A stretch of DNA of 64,000 nucleotides, from NCBI GenBank assembly GCA_964605525.1, contig CAZSCV010000002.1, positions 5,888 to 69,887 on the forward strand, read 5' to 3'. Of the stretch, positions 10,426 through 20,076 are shown piece after piece. The notes under the pieces are model-generated. The model saw nothing but the letters and a program-made list of their open reading frames with translations. It was not told where the DNA came from and ran no database searches. This DNA comes from an uncultured Bdellovibrionales bacterium (GTDB taxonomy: Bacteria > Patescibacteriota > Minisyncoccia > Moranbacterales > UBA9337). Within the stretch, counting starts at the first letter, position 1. Each line of letters opens with the position of its first letter. Position numbers and translations under genes: made by a program.

Positions 10426-10986
10426 ATGAAATTTATTTTAGGAAAAAAAATTGGAATGACAACCATTTATGATGCGGAAAAAGGCGCATTGAATGTGACG
10501 TTGGTTGAATGCTCTCCTAATGAAGTGAGTTGTATTCGAAGCCGGGAAAAAGACGGATATTCCGCTGTTCAAGTTAAGACCGAAAAGACGCAAAATAAGT
10601 CGTTGTTTCGCGAAATTCGCATCATTGATTCTGAAGTCAAGAAAGATGACAAAATTTCCGTTGAAGTGTTTGAGATTGGAGACAATGTTAATGTGTGTGG
10701 AACGACAAAAGGAAAAGGATTTCAGGGAGTAATGAAGCGTCATGGTTTTCACGGATCTCCTGCAACGCATGGACATCGGCATGATCACCGCGCACCTGGT
10801 TCCATTGGAAGCGCTTTTCCTCAGCACGTAATCAAAGGAAAGAAAATGGCAGGAAGAATGGGAGGAAATACTTTTACAGTAAAAAATTTGGAGGTAGTTT
10901 TCATTGATAAGGATAAAAATATAATCGGGCTTCGTGGAGCAGTTCCTGGAGTGCAAGGAAGAATCGTTGAAATCTCAGGAAAATAA
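10426..10986 (+). CDS. rplC: 50S ribosomal protein L3
   Basis: MKFILGKKIGMTTIYD..; start set at ATG 10426 (the ORF track starts at TTG 10393). Confidence 0.94.
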   Translation: MKFILGKKIGMTTIYDAEKGALNVTLVECSPNEVSCIRSREKDGYSAVQVKTEKTQNKSLFREIRIIDSEVKKDDKISVEVFEIGDNVNVCGTTKGKGFQGVMKRHGFHGSPATHGHRHDHRAPGSIGSAFPQHVIKGKKMAGRMGGNTFTVKNLEVVFIDKDKNIIGLRGAVPGVQGRIVEISGK

Positions 10987-11013
10987 AGCAGGAATTTTAA
11001 AATAAGATATTTT

Positions 11014-11655
11014 ATGGCAAAAATAACCATTCAGAATTTAAAAGGTGAAAAAGTCGGAGAGCTTGAACTTTCAGATAAGGTTTTTGGGTTGCCGGCTAAT
11101 GATAAATTGGTTCATCAAGTTTTTGTTTCTATGTCAGGAAATCGCAGACAAGTAATTGCCCATGCGAAAGACCGTGGAGAAAGAACTGGATCAGGAAGAA
11201 AGCCTTGGAAACAAAAAGGAACCGGGCGAGCACGATCAGGAAGTGTAAGAAGTCCTCTTTGGCGAGGCGGAGGAGTAACTTTCGGTCCTACGAAGGATAG
11301 AAATTTCAAGACAAAGATCAACAAGAAAGTGAATCAGAAAGCGATTATGACTGTTCTTAGTGGAAAAGTTGCTGATAATTCCTTGATTGTTTTGGATGAA
11401 TTGGCATTGTCTGATAAAAAAACCAAACAAGCCGCTGCCGGATTGAAGAAGCTTGGAATGAAAGGAAATATTTTAATAGGATTTTCAGAAAAAGAACAGG
11501 ATTTCAGATTGTATTTTCGAAATATTGAAGGAGTATCAAGTCTTCCTGTAGACGGATTGAATGTATTTGATATGCTTTCTCGAAAAAATTTGATTGTAAG
11601 TAAGGATTCTGTGAAATATTTGGAGAAAAAATATTCAAAAGAAGAAATTAATTAA
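11014..11655 (+). CDS. rplD: 50S ribosomal protein L4
   Basis: KPWKQKGTGRARSGS motif; cluster position. Confidence 0.95.
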   Translation: MAKITIQNLKGEKVGELELSDKVFGLPANDKLVHQVFVSMSGNRRQVIAHAKDRGERTGSGRKPWKQKGTGRARSGSVRSPLWRGGGVTFGPTKDRNFKTKINKKVNQKAIMTVLSGKVADNSLIVLDELALSDKKTKQAAAGLKKLGMKGNILIGFSEKEQDFRLYFRNIEGVSSLPVDGLNVFDMLSRKNLIVSKDSVKYLEKKYSKEEIN

Positions 11656-11664
11656 AGAAAAATT

Positions 11665-12066
11665 ATGGTTTTATCTGAAGATATTAAAAATGATGAGAAG
11701 AAGAAAGCTGTTGCCGAAGGGAAGAAGTCTGATTTGAAGGTGAAAAGCGTAAAATTGGAAGAAGAAAGTAAAGATGGCGGATATTTGGCTTATCGTCATT
11801 TGATCCAGCCCTGGATTACAGAAAAATCCCACGCTCAAATGGCTTCGAATAAATATATTTTCAAGGTTTTAAAAGATTCAGATAAGAAAAAGGTGGCGAT
11901 GGCAGTAGAAACTTTATACGGAGTTAATGTTATTGCTGTCAATATGGTTAACATTCCAGCTAAGAACAGAAGATATGGGAAAAGTGTTGGCAAAAAAGCC
12001 GGATTCAAAAAGGCAATAGTGTCATTAAAAGAAGGCGACAGGATTGAGATTTTTGAAGGAGCATAA
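11665..12066 (+). CDS. rplW: 50S ribosomal protein L23, with a ~40-aa K/E-rich N-terminal extension
   Basis: Conserved L23 core LIQPWITEKS..KYIFKV..AVNMVN; cluster position. Confidence 0.93.
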   Translation: MVLSEDIKNDEKKKAVAEGKKSDLKVKSVKLEEESKDGGYLAYRHLIQPWITEKSHAQMASNKYIFKVLKDSDKKKVAMAVETLYGVNVIAVNMVNIPAKNRRYGKSVGKKAGFKKAIVSLKEGDRIEIFEGA

Positions 12067-12097
12067 TATTAAAAATTATTAATTTAAGAGTTAAAAT

Positions 12098-12439
12098 ATG
12101 TCACGAAGTTTAAAAAAAGGGCCTTATGTGGATGAAAGGATTCTGAAAAAGGTTTCCAATCGGCCAGCAGGGGATAATTCAAAAATAAAGACATGGTCAA
12201 GATCATGTACAGTTATCCCGGAAATGGTTGGTATTACGTTTGAAATCCATAATGGCAAGGTTTTTGTTCCCGTTTTTATCACCGAAGATATGGTGGGGCA
12301 TAAACTTGGCGAGTTTGCACCGACAAGAACGTTCTTCCGACATGGAGGAAAGATGCAGAAAGAGCAAGAGCTTGCTGCAAAGCAAAAAGAAATTGATGCA
12401 GCCAAAGCTTCAAAAGTCGACACTACTAAGAAAAAATAA
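12098..12439 (+). CDS. rpsS: 30S ribosomal protein S19
   Basis: [30 protein letters not shown] is unmistakably S19; lies directly after L23 with no L2 in between. Confidence 0.96.
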   Translation: MSRSLKKGPYVDERILKKVSNRPAGDNSKIKTWSRSCTVIPEMVGITFEIHNGKVFVPVFITEDMVGHKLGEFAPTRTFFRHGGKMQKEQELAAKQKEIDAAKASKVDTTKKK

Positions 12440-12474
12440 GACGTAAAGTATAAGAATCAATATACACAAACCCA

Positions 12475-13062
12475 ATGAAAGTTAACGTAAAATTGAAAAA
12501 TTTAAGAATATCTCCAAGAAAGGTCCGATTGACCGTTGATTTGGTAAAGGGAATGGAAGTTAATGACGCCCTGGATCAGATAAATGCCAACGTAAAACGT
12601 GCCAATGACCCGTTAGCGAAGTTGATTATGAGCGCTGTCGCCAGTGCTGAAAATGATTTCGGTCTGGATAGGGGCAATTTATATATTTCCGATATTCGAG
12701 TAGATGCAGGATTGACCTTGAAAAGATGGATGCCAAGAGCGTATGGAAGAGCTACTCAAATTTTAAAAAGAAGTTCCCAGGTGAGCCTTACTTTAGATGA
12801 AATTGTTGAAGGAAAAAATAGAAAATCCAAAGAACAAATTGAAAAAGAAAAAAAGGCGCGAGAAGATGCCCGAAAAAAGGAAGAAAAAGAGATGAAAAAG
12901 CAAATGACCGAAGGAACAAAAGAAACAAGCGAAAAAATTGATGATAAAAAGGAGGCTGTTCCAGCTGAAGCAAAAAAAGAACATCATGAGATTGAAGGAA
13001 AAAGAAAAGAAAGCCGACAATCAGGATGGACAAATAAAATATTCAGAAGAAAATCATCATAA
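12475..13062 (+). CDS. rplV: 50S ribosomal protein L22, with a ~80-aa K/E-rich C-terminal extension
   Basis: ISPRKVRLTVDLVKG..SAVASAENDFGLD..RWMPRAYGRA core. Confidence 0.94.
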   Translation: MKVNVKLKNLRISPRKVRLTVDLVKGMEVNDALDQINANVKRANDPLAKLIMSAVASAENDFGLDRGNLYISDIRVDAGLTLKRWMPRAYGRATQILKRSSQVSLTLDEIVEGKNRKSKEQIEKEKKAREDARKKEEKEMKKQMTEGTKETSEKIDDKKEAVPAEAKKEHHEIEGKRKESRQSGWTNKIFRRKSS

Positions 13063-13133
13063 GTCCCATTGGTTCTAAATATTCAAAGAAATGAAGCGAT
13101 AGAGCGAGTATAACGATTATAACAAGCATAAAT

Positions 13134-13961
13134 ATGGCAATTAAAGTCTACAAACGAAATACAGCAGGGCGAAGAAATATGTCAATCGTAAAGCCCGATA
13201 ATCTTACCGATAAAAAACCGGAAAAGTCTTTATTGGCGAAAAAAAGCAAGAAATCAGGAAGATCTCACGGAAAGATTTCTGTTCGGCATATGGGTGGAGG
13301 ACACAAGCAAAAATATCGTATTATTGATTTTAAGCAAGGCAAGATTGGAATTCCTGGACGGGTTGACGCAATTGAAAAAGATCCAAACAGAAGCGCATTG
13401 ATTGCTTTGATTGTGTATAAGGATGGAGAAAAACGTTATGTTATCGCAACTGAAAATATGAAGAAAGGGCAGGAGATAATTACTGATGAAAATGCTCCTT
13501 TGAAAGAAGGTAATCGGTTGAAATTAAAAAACATTCTTCCTGGAACGGTTATTTCCAATATTGAAATGATTCCCGGAAAGGGAAGTCAGATGGTTAGAAG
13601 TGCTGGTAGTGAAGCAACCTTGATGGGTGTTGATAATGATATGGCACAGATTAAGCTTTCTTCCGGTGAAATAAGATTGATTAATAAAGAATGTTATGCA
13701 ACAATAGGAAAGGTTAGTAATTTTGAGCATAATGCAATTAGGATAGGAAAAGCCGGAAAGAGCAGATGGTTAGGAAAAAGACCAGCAGTAAGAGGTAGCG
13801 CGATGAATCCAGTTGATCATCCTCATGGAGGAGGAGAAGGTCGACAAGGAATCGGACTCAAATATCCGAAAACTCCTTGGGGAAAACCAGCACTGGGAAA
13901 GAAAACTCGAAAACAGAAGAAGCATAGCAGTAAGTATATAATTAAACGAAGGAAGAAATAA
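13134..13961 (+). CDS. rplB: 50S ribosomal protein L2
   Basis: [36 protein letters not shown]; located after L22 rather than before S19. Confidence 0.96.
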   Translation: MAIKVYKRNTAGRRNMSIVKPDNLTDKKPEKSLLAKKSKKSGRSHGKISVRHMGGGHKQKYRIIDFKQGKIGIPGRVDAIEKDPNRSALIALIVYKDGEKRYVIATENMKKGQEIITDENAPLKEGNRLKLKNILPGTVISNIEMIPGKGSQMVRSAGSEATLMGVDNDMAQIKLSSGEIRLINKECYATIGKVSNFEHNAIRIGKAGKSRWLGKRPAVRGSAMNPVDHPHGGGEGRQGIGLKYPKTPWGKPALGKKTRKQKKHSSKYIIKRRKK

Positions 13962-13981
13962 ATAAGGATTTATATATTATT

Positions 13982-14623
13982 ATGGGAAAAAAAGTTAATC
14001 CAATAGCAATAAGACTGGGTATTACCACTTCTTGGAAATCAAAATGGTTTGGCGGAAGAAATTTTGCTAAAAATTTACAAGAAGATGTCCGAATTCGAGA
14101 AGCGATAATGAGCCACTGGAAATCAGCTGCGATTGCCGATGTCAGTATTGAGCGAAGATCTGGAATGACCAAGGTTATTATCCTTACTTCCCGTCCCGGA
14201 ATGTTGATTGGACGCGGAGGAACCGGAATCGAAGATATCAATCGTTTGATTAAAAATAAGTTTTTTGCCGGAAAGAAGATCGATCTTAAGGTTGAGGTGA
14301 AGGAAATTCGACAATTTGAAGAAAATGCGCAGTTGGTTGCCCAGCAAGTTGCAGAGCAATTGGAAAAAAGAATGCCATTTCGCCGAGTTTTGAAATCAAC
14401 ATTGGAGCAAGTTCAGAAAAATAATAAAATTAAAGGAGTAAAAATTGAAGTTTCAGGAAGGTTGGGAGGAGCGGAAATGTCCAGACGGGAATGGCTTGCA
14501 AAAGGGACCATACCATTGCATACTCTTCGAGCGGATATTGATTTTTCCCGGGCGACTGCCAGAACTACCTATGGAGCAATTGGAGTAAAAGTTTGGATAT
14601 ATAAAGGAGAAGTTTTTGAGTAG
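13982..14623 (+). CDS. rpsC: 30S ribosomal protein S3
   Basis: MGKKVNPIAIRLGITTSWKSKWF..conserved S3 (KH domain). Confidence 0.96.
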   Translation: MGKKVNPIAIRLGITTSWKSKWFGGRNFAKNLQEDVRIREAIMSHWKSAAIADVSIERRSGMTKVIILTSRPGMLIGRGGTGIEDINRLIKNKFFAGKKIDLKVEVKEIRQFEENAQLVAQQVAEQLEKRMPFRRVLKSTLEQVQKNNKIKGVKIEVSGRLGGAEMSRREWLAKGTIPLHTLRADIDFSRATARTTYGAIGVKVWIYKGEVFE

Positions 14624-14715
14624 TAGATGTTGTAATGTTTGAAGTCGTTTGAAATATCGATTAGAACGAGCAAAACAATATAACGCATAAAACAGTTTTT
14701 AACGTATATATTATT

Positions 14716-15129
14716 ATGTTGATGATGCCAAGAAAAGTTAAGCACCGAAAGATACACCGGGGAGGAGCAATCAAGGGATTGGCTACCCGCGGAGGCAGTG
14801 TTAGCTATGGAAAATTTGGATTGAAGGCTTTGAGCAGTGGATTGATTTCTGCCCGCCAGATTGAATCAGCCCGGCGTGCAATGACCAGATATGTTCAAAG
14901 AGGAGGAAAAATTTGGATCAGAATTTTCCCGAGCAAACCGATGACAAAAAAAGGGGATGAAACTCCTATGGGAAAAGGAAAGGGAAGTGTTGATCATTTT
15001 GTTTCCAAAGTCAGAGCGGGAAGAGTGATGTTTGAGATGGACGGAGTGGAAAAGGATATTGCAAAGAAAGCAATGAAATTGGCCGCATATAAATTGAGTA
15101 TTAAAACCAAATTTGTTGAAAGAGATTAA
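14716..15129 (+). CDS. rplP: 50S ribosomal protein L16
   Basis: MLMMPRKVKHRKIHRGG..RGGKIWIRIFP..GKGKGSVDHFV. Confidence 0.95.
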   Translation: MLMMPRKVKHRKIHRGGAIKGLATRGGSVSYGKFGLKALSSGLISARQIESARRAMTRYVQRGGKIWIRIFPSKPMTKKGDETPMGKGKGSVDHFVSKVRAGRVMFEMDGVEKDIAKKAMKLAAYKLSIKTKFVERD

Positions 15130-15151
15130 TATTTTGTAAAGCTGAAAAAAT

Positions 15152-15343
15152 ATGAAGATTAACGATATTAAAGAAAAAAATTCAAAGGAACTCGAAAAAC
15201 TTTTAGCTGAAAAGCGAAGTGAGGTTCAAAAACTGCGTTTTGATATTTTTTCCAAGCAGGCAAAAAATCACAAGAAATATTCCAATTGCAGAAGAGATAT
15301 TGCTCAGATTTTAACAGTTTTAAATAGCAGTAAATCAGAATAA
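15152..15343 (+). CDS. rpmC: 50S ribosomal protein L29
   Basis: 63 aa; ELEKLLAEKRSEVQKLRFDIFSKQ pattern; cluster position. Confidence 0.9.
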   Translation: MKINDIKEKNSKELEKLLAEKRSEVQKLRFDIFSKQAKNHKKYSNCRRDIAQILTVLNSSKSE

Positions 15344-15356
15344 CATTATAAATAAT

Positions 15357-15623
15357 ATGGCGAAAGTTATTGATAAACAAATTAATGATTCAAAGGATCC
15401 GATAAAAGGTATTATTACCGGCGTTGTTTTGAGTGATAAGATGGATAAAACGATTGTTGTTGCGGTTAATACACTGAAAACTCACCCCAAATATTTGAAA
15501 AAGTATCGATCAACGAAGAAATATAAAGTGCATGATGAAAAGAATGAGAAAAAAATTGGAGATACTGTTAAGTTTGTCGCATGCCGTCCGATGAGTGGCG
15601 GAAAAAAATTTCAAATTCTCTAA
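15357..15623 (+). CDS. rpsQ: 30S ribosomal protein S17
   Basis: GIITGVVLSDKMDKTIVVAV..KYKVHDE..GDTVKFVACRPMS. Confidence 0.94.
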   Translation: MAKVIDKQINDSKDPIKGIITGVVLSDKMDKTIVVAVNTLKTHPKYLKKYRSTKKYKVHDEKNEKKIGDTVKFVACRPMSGGKKFQIL

Positions 15624-15654
15624 GTTTATTTAGCAAGAATAAGTATAATTTATT

Positions 15655-16020
15655 ATGATACAATCAGAAACAAAATTGAAGGTAGCCGATAATTCAGGTG
15701 CGAAAGTCATCGAATGTTTTAAGGTTTTGGGCGGAAGCCGAAGGCGTTATGCTTATGTCGGAGATGTGATTGTGGCATCCGTAAAATCTTCCGAACCGAG
15801 AGGTAGTGTGAAAAAAGGAGACAAGGTCAAGGCTCTTATTGTAAGACAAAAACAGGCGTTGCGAAGAAAAGACGGATCACATATTAGATTTGATGAAAAT
15901 GCGGCGGTTATAGTTGATGGAATTGAGCCAAAGGGTACGCGTGTTTTTGGTCCGATTGCCCGGGAAGTGAAGGAAAAGGGATTTAATAAAATAGCTTCAT
16001 TAGCACCAGAAGTATTGTAA
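15655..16020 (+). CDS. rplN: 50S ribosomal protein L14
   Basis: [35 protein letters not shown]. Confidence 0.96.
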   Translation: MIQSETKLKVADNSGAKVIECFKVLGGSRRRYAYVGDVIVASVKSSEPRGSVKKGDKVKALIVRQKQALRRKDGSHIRFDENAAVIVDGIEPKGTRVFGPIAREVKEKGFNKIASLAPEVL

Positions 16021-16043
16021 ATTATTGTAAGTATTAGAATATT

Positions 16044-16352
16044 ATGAAAATTAAAAAAGGCGACAAAGTTCAAATAATTTCCGGAAAGGACAAAGGAAAA
16101 AAAGGCGTTGTTTTGCGCGCTGTTCCGAGTTTGGGAAAAGTTGTTGTTGAAGGATTGAATATAGTTAAAAAACATTCCCGACCGAAAAAAGAAGGAGAAA
16201 AGGGGCAAAGAGTTGAAATTCCTGTTCCAATCCAAATTTCCAATGTTATGCTGGTTTGCCCGAAGTGCGGAAAATCAACGAGGGTTGAATATAAATTGAC
16301 AGATGATAGTAAATTGAGAATATGTAAGAAATGTAAGGAAGAAATCCAATGA
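16044..16352 (+). CDS. rplX: 50S ribosomal protein L24 (uL24) with a C-terminal C4 zinc-ribbon
   Basis: KIKKGDKVQIISGKDKGKKGVV KOW motif; C-terminus CPKCGK..x17..CKKC. Confidence 0.93.
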   Translation: MKIKKGDKVQIISGKDKGKKGVVLRAVPSLGKVVVEGLNIVKKHSRPKKEGEKGQRVEIPVPIQISNVMLVCPKCGKSTRVEYKLTDDSKLRICKKCKEEIQ

Positions 16353-16897
16353 AAATAACATCACTTAAAACTAAATATGGAGAGATAATTCCTGAATTAA
16401 AAAAAGAATTCGGACGTTCCAATATTATGGCGGTTGCGAAAATTCAGAAAGTTGTTGTTAATGTCGGAATCGGGAAGATAAATAAGGAAGCCGAGAAGAT
16501 TGAAGAATTGGTTAAGATTTTGGAAACAATAACTGGACAAAAACCAGTAAAAACCCGAGCAAAAAATTCAATCGCCAGTTTCAAGACAAGAAAAGGAATG
16601 GAAATCGGAGTTAAGGTTACTTTACGAGGAGAAAGAATGTGGAGTTTTTTAGACAGATTGGTAAATGTGGCATTTCCTAGAACGCGAGATTTTCAAGGAA
16701 TTAAGATAAGCGGCGTTGATGATCATGGAGATTTCAGTATCGGACTCAAGGAGCATCTCGTTTTTCCGGAAATTTCAGCGGAAAAAACCAAAAATTTGTT
16801 CGGAATGCAGATTAGTATTCAGACAACAGCCAAAACGAAAAAAGAAGGGGAAAGATTGTTCCAGTTGCTAAAATTTCCATTTAAAAAAGAGCAGTAA
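16349..16897 (+). CDS. rplE: 50S ribosomal protein L5
   Basis: Conserved L5 sequence; ATGA overlap with the rplX stop. Confidence 0.95.
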   Translation: MKITSLKTKYGEIIPELKKEFGRSNIMAVAKIQKVVVNVGIGKINKEAEKIEELVKILETITGQKPVKTRAKNSIASFKTRKGMEIGVKVTLRGERMWSFLDRLVNVAFPRTRDFQGIKISGVDDHGDFSIGLKEHLVFPEISAEKTKNLFGMQISIQTTAKTKKEGERLFQLLKFPFKKEQ

Positions 16898-16935
16898 TAA
16901 TTTTTTCAATAATTAAGGAAGTATAAGATAAAAAA

Positions 16936-17121
16936 ATGGCAAAAAAATCGACAGAAGCAAGAGCAAATAAGAAACCTAAATTTTCCACCAGAGAGGTGCG
17001 GCGTTGTTGGAAGTGCGGAAGAAAACATGGATATTTGAGGAAATTCGATATTTGCCGAATTTGTTTTCGGGAATTGGCAAGCAAAGGAGAGATTCCGGGA
17101 GTTACAAAGAGCAGCTGGTAA
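16936..17121 (+). CDS. rpsN: 30S ribosomal protein S14, zinc-binding type Z (61 aa)
   Basis: [24 protein letters not shown]; CxxC..CxxC short form. Confidence 0.94.
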   Translation: MAKKSTEARANKKPKFSTREVRRCWKCGRKHGYLRKFDICRICFRELASKGEIPGVTKSSW

Positions 17122-17214
17122 TATAAAGTTATAAATGTTAAATACGTTCAAGGCGTTCAATTCGTGAGAATCGATAGAACGATTAGGACAATATAGAACG
17201 ATTAGAAAAAATTT

Positions 17215-17625
17215 ATGTTAGATCCAATTAGCGACATGTTAACAAGAATTAGAAATGCCCAGGTAGCCAAGCACCGGGTTGTAAAGATGCCTTTTTCAAA
17301 GGTTAAGCTTGCTGTTGCAAAAATATTAAGGGAAGAAGGTTTTGTTGATGCGGTTGAGAGGGTAAAAACTGAAAAGAAAATTGATTTTATCGAAATATCC
17401 CTAAAATATGATTTTGACAGAGAAAAAAATTCCAAAGTTCCTGTGATAAGCGGAATCAAGCGGGTGAGCAAGGAAGGGCAGCGGATTTATGTGAAAAAAG
17501 GAGAAATTCGAAAAGTGAAAAATGGTTTGGGAATTTCAATTGTTTCAACCTCAAAAGGTGTTGTTACGGGAGAAAATGCCAGAAAAGGAGGATTAGGCGG
17601 AGAATTAATTTGTGAAGTTTGGTAG
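17215..17625 (+). CDS. rpsH: 30S ribosomal protein S8
   Basis: MLDPISDMLTRIRNA..conserved S8. Confidence 0.96.
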   Translation: MLDPISDMLTRIRNAQVAKHRVVKMPFSKVKLAVAKILREEGFVDAVERVKTEKKIDFIEISLKYDFDREKNSKVPVISGIKRVSKEGQRIYVKKGEIRKVKNGLGISIVSTSKGVVTGENARKGGLGGELICEVW

Positions 17626-17667
17626 ATAATACGGGACAAATAAGTCCAATAAGACATATCTAAAAAT

Positions 17668-18207
17668 ATGAGCAGAATAGGCAAAAAACCAGTTGAAATA
17701 GTTTCAGGAGTCGAAGTTAAGGTCGAATCCAATATTGTTTCAGTAAAAGGTCCAAAAGGAAATTTGGAGTTTGTTTTCCGTCCGGAAGTTATTGTCAAAG
17801 TTGAAGAAAATATGGTTAAAGTTGAAAAGAAAACCAATTCGAAACTTGGGGCTTCTTTGTGGGGGACAACCAGCCGGATTATTGAAAATATGGTAAAGGG
17901 TGTTTCAGAAGGATTTGAAAAAAAACTTGAGCTGAACGGAGTTGGATATAGAATGGAAGTGCAAGGAAAGAAAATGAAATTGGCTCTTGGTTTTTCTCAT
18001 CCGGTAGAAGTTGAGATTCCCGAAGGAATTAGTGCCGTTGTTGAGAAAAATACATTGACTATTTCTGGAATTGACAAGCAGAAAGTCGGACAATTTGCGA
18101 CTGACATCCGTTTCCTCAAGCCAGTTGAACCGTATAAGGGCAAAGGATTTAAATATACCAATGAGATTGTTAGGCGCAAGGAAGGAAAGAAAGCGTCATC
18201 CAATTAA
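17668..18207 (+). CDS. rplF: 50S ribosomal protein L6
   Basis: MSRIGKKPVEI..VKGPKGNLEF..conserved L6. Confidence 0.96.
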   Translation: MSRIGKKPVEIVSGVEVKVESNIVSVKGPKGNLEFVFRPEVIVKVEENMVKVEKKTNSKLGASLWGTTSRIIENMVKGVSEGFEKKLELNGVGYRMEVQGKKMKLALGFSHPVEVEIPEGISAVVEKNTLTISGIDKQKVGQFATDIRFLKPVEPYKGKGFKYTNEIVRRKEGKKASSN

Positions 18208-18292
18208 AATTTAATAGTCGTTAGTTTGTAGTTGCACTGTCTATCAAAAACGTGATGGGTTGGTGAAACTGGCAACGATTGAAGTTGAGAAT

Positions 18293-18643
18293 ATGAACAA
18301 TAAAATAACCTTAAGATACCAAAGAGGAAAGCGAGTAAGATCGAAAATTTCCGGAACAGCTGAAAAGCCGAGGATTTCGGTTTTTCGAAGCTTGCGCGGG
18401 GTTTATGCTCAGGCAATTGATGATGTAAGTGGAAAAACCGTAGCTGCATCCAGTTGGAAAGAAGCTTTGAAAAAAACCAAGAAGAATGATATCGAGAGAG
18501 CAAAGGAAGTTGGAAAGATGCTTGCGGAAAAATGCGCGAAATTGAAAATAAAAAAAGCGGTTTTTGATCGGAACGGATATAAATATCATGGAAAAATAAA
18601 GGCAATGGCTGAAGGAGCGCGCGAAGGCGGATTAGAATTTTAA
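18293..18643 (+). CDS. rplR: 50S ribosomal protein L18
   Basis: KRVRSKISGTAEKPRISVFRSLRGVYAQAIDD; start set at ATG 18293 (the ORF track starts at GTG 18260). Confidence 0.93.
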   Translation: MNNKITLRYQRGKRVRSKISGTAEKPRISVFRSLRGVYAQAIDDVSGKTVAASSWKEALKKTKKNDIERAKEVGKMLAEKCAKLKIKKAVFDRNGYKYHGKIKAMAEGAREGGLEF

Positions 18644-18686
18644 TTTATTTTTGTATTCAATAAAGTTAAGACAATTAATTATAATT

Positions 18687-19202
18687 ATGGAGAATAATAA
18701 GGAAAAAAGAGGCAATAAATTCAGCAAAAGACCAAGAAGGGAAAAACCTGAATTCGAACAAAAACTTTTGGATTTGGCAAGAGTCACCCGCGTTGTAAAA
18801 GGAGGGCGACGTTTTCGCTTTCGCGCTACTTTGGTTATTGGCGATAGAAAAGGAAGGGTGGGTGTTGGAGTGGCAAAAGGTGCGGATGTTTCTGATGCGA
18901 TTGCTAAAGCGCTTAATGATGCTAAAAAAGAAGTTATTAATGTTCAATTGGTTGAAGGAACGCTCCCACATGATGTTTTCTTTAAACAGGGAAGTGCCAA
19001 GGTGCTTTTGAAGCCAGCCTCAAAAGGGCGCGGAGTTGTTGCCGGAGGAGCGGTACGGGCGGTTATGGAATTGGCCGGAGTGAGCGATGTGGTGTCGAAA
19101 TCATTGGGAACTTCAAATAAGTTGAATGTGGCGCGAGCTGCTATTGAAGCCTTGAAGCAATTGCGAAAGGTTCCGATGAGAAAAATATCCGCGAAGAAAT
19201 AA
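18687..19202 (+). CDS. rpsE: 30S ribosomal protein S5
   Basis: LLDLARVTRVVKGGRRFRFRATLVIGD..GVGVAKG; start set at ATG 18687. Confidence 0.94.
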   Translation: MENNKEKRGNKFSKRPRREKPEFEQKLLDLARVTRVVKGGRRFRFRATLVIGDRKGRVGVGVAKGADVSDAIAKALNDAKKEVINVQLVEGTLPHDVFFKQGSAKVLLKPASKGRGVVAGGAVRAVMELAGVSDVVSKSLGTSNKLNVARAAIEALKQLRKVPMRKISAKK

Positions 19203-19247
19203 ATTTTTATTAAATAGAATTCTTAGAATTTTGTAAAACTTAAAGCC

Positions 19248-19823
19248 ATGCAAATACACGAATTAAAAGTTAAGAGCAAGAAAAATCGAAAACGAATTGG
19301 ACGCGGAGGAAAAAGAGGAACATATTCCGGAAAAGGAAATAATGGTCAAAAAGCACGTTCAGGCGCTAAGAGAGATTATGTTTTTGAAGGAGGAAAGTCT
19401 TCTTTGGTTGACCGCTTGAAAAAAGTCCGTGGATTTAAGGCTATTTCGCCTAAGAAATTGGTTGTAAGTTTGGATATTTTGGAGAAAAGGTTCTCTGATG
19501 GGGAAACGGTTAATTTTGAAACTTTGGTAGTAAAAAAAGTTTTTCGAAAAAATGAAATTTCCAGCGGAGTAAAGATTTTGGGAACTGGAAAAATTACCAA
19601 GAAAATATCAGTAGATAAGGAAATTTTGACATCAGATTCAGCCAAAATTGCTATCGAAAAAGCCGGAGGAAAGGTTGTAGGGACCGCAAAAAGAGGAAGA
19701 GAAAGAAAAGCTGATATGATGCGAGATAAGAAGAAAGTGGAAAAAGTTGAGAAGGCTGAAGAGATTGAAAAAACTGAAAAGCCGAAAAAGAAAGAAGTGA
19801 AAAAGGCAGTTAGCAAAAAATAA
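19248..19823 (+). CDS. rplO: 50S ribosomal protein L15, with a K/E-rich C-terminal extension
   Basis: KRIGRGGKRGTYSGKGNNGQKARSG..VRGFKAIS; follows rpsE directly with no rpmD (L30) between them. Confidence 0.94.
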   Translation: MQIHELKVKSKKNRKRIGRGGKRGTYSGKGNNGQKARSGAKRDYVFEGGKSSLVDRLKKVRGFKAISPKKLVVSLDILEKRFSDGETVNFETLVVKKVFRKNEISSGVKILGTGKITKKISVDKEILTSDSAKIAIEKAGGKVVGTAKRGRERKADMMRDKKKVEKVEKAEEIEKTEKPKKKEVKKAVSKK

Positions 19824-19842
19824 ACAATATTTTTTAAATATA

Positions 19843-19877
19843 AAAAATCCAGATCATAAATCTGGATTTTTGCTTTT
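19843..19877 (+). terminator. rho-independent terminator (AAAAATCCAGAT-cataa-ATCTGGATTTTT plus GCTTTTG)
   Basis: 12-bp perfect stem followed by a T-rich tract, 20 nt after the rplO stop. Confidence 0.7.
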
Positions 19878-20076
19878 GCGCTATTGACTTTTTGCTTTTT
19901 TGGGTGTATTATTATAAAGTTGCGTTTAAAACATATGCAATTGGTTTTTTTATGTCTAAAGCGCAGTTTTTAATTATAAAAAAAGTTAGTAACACATTAG
20001 AATTTTTATTATAAATATTCGTGTATTCGTATATTTGTATCCGCCGCCTGGCGGAGATTCGTAATATTCGTAAAAT

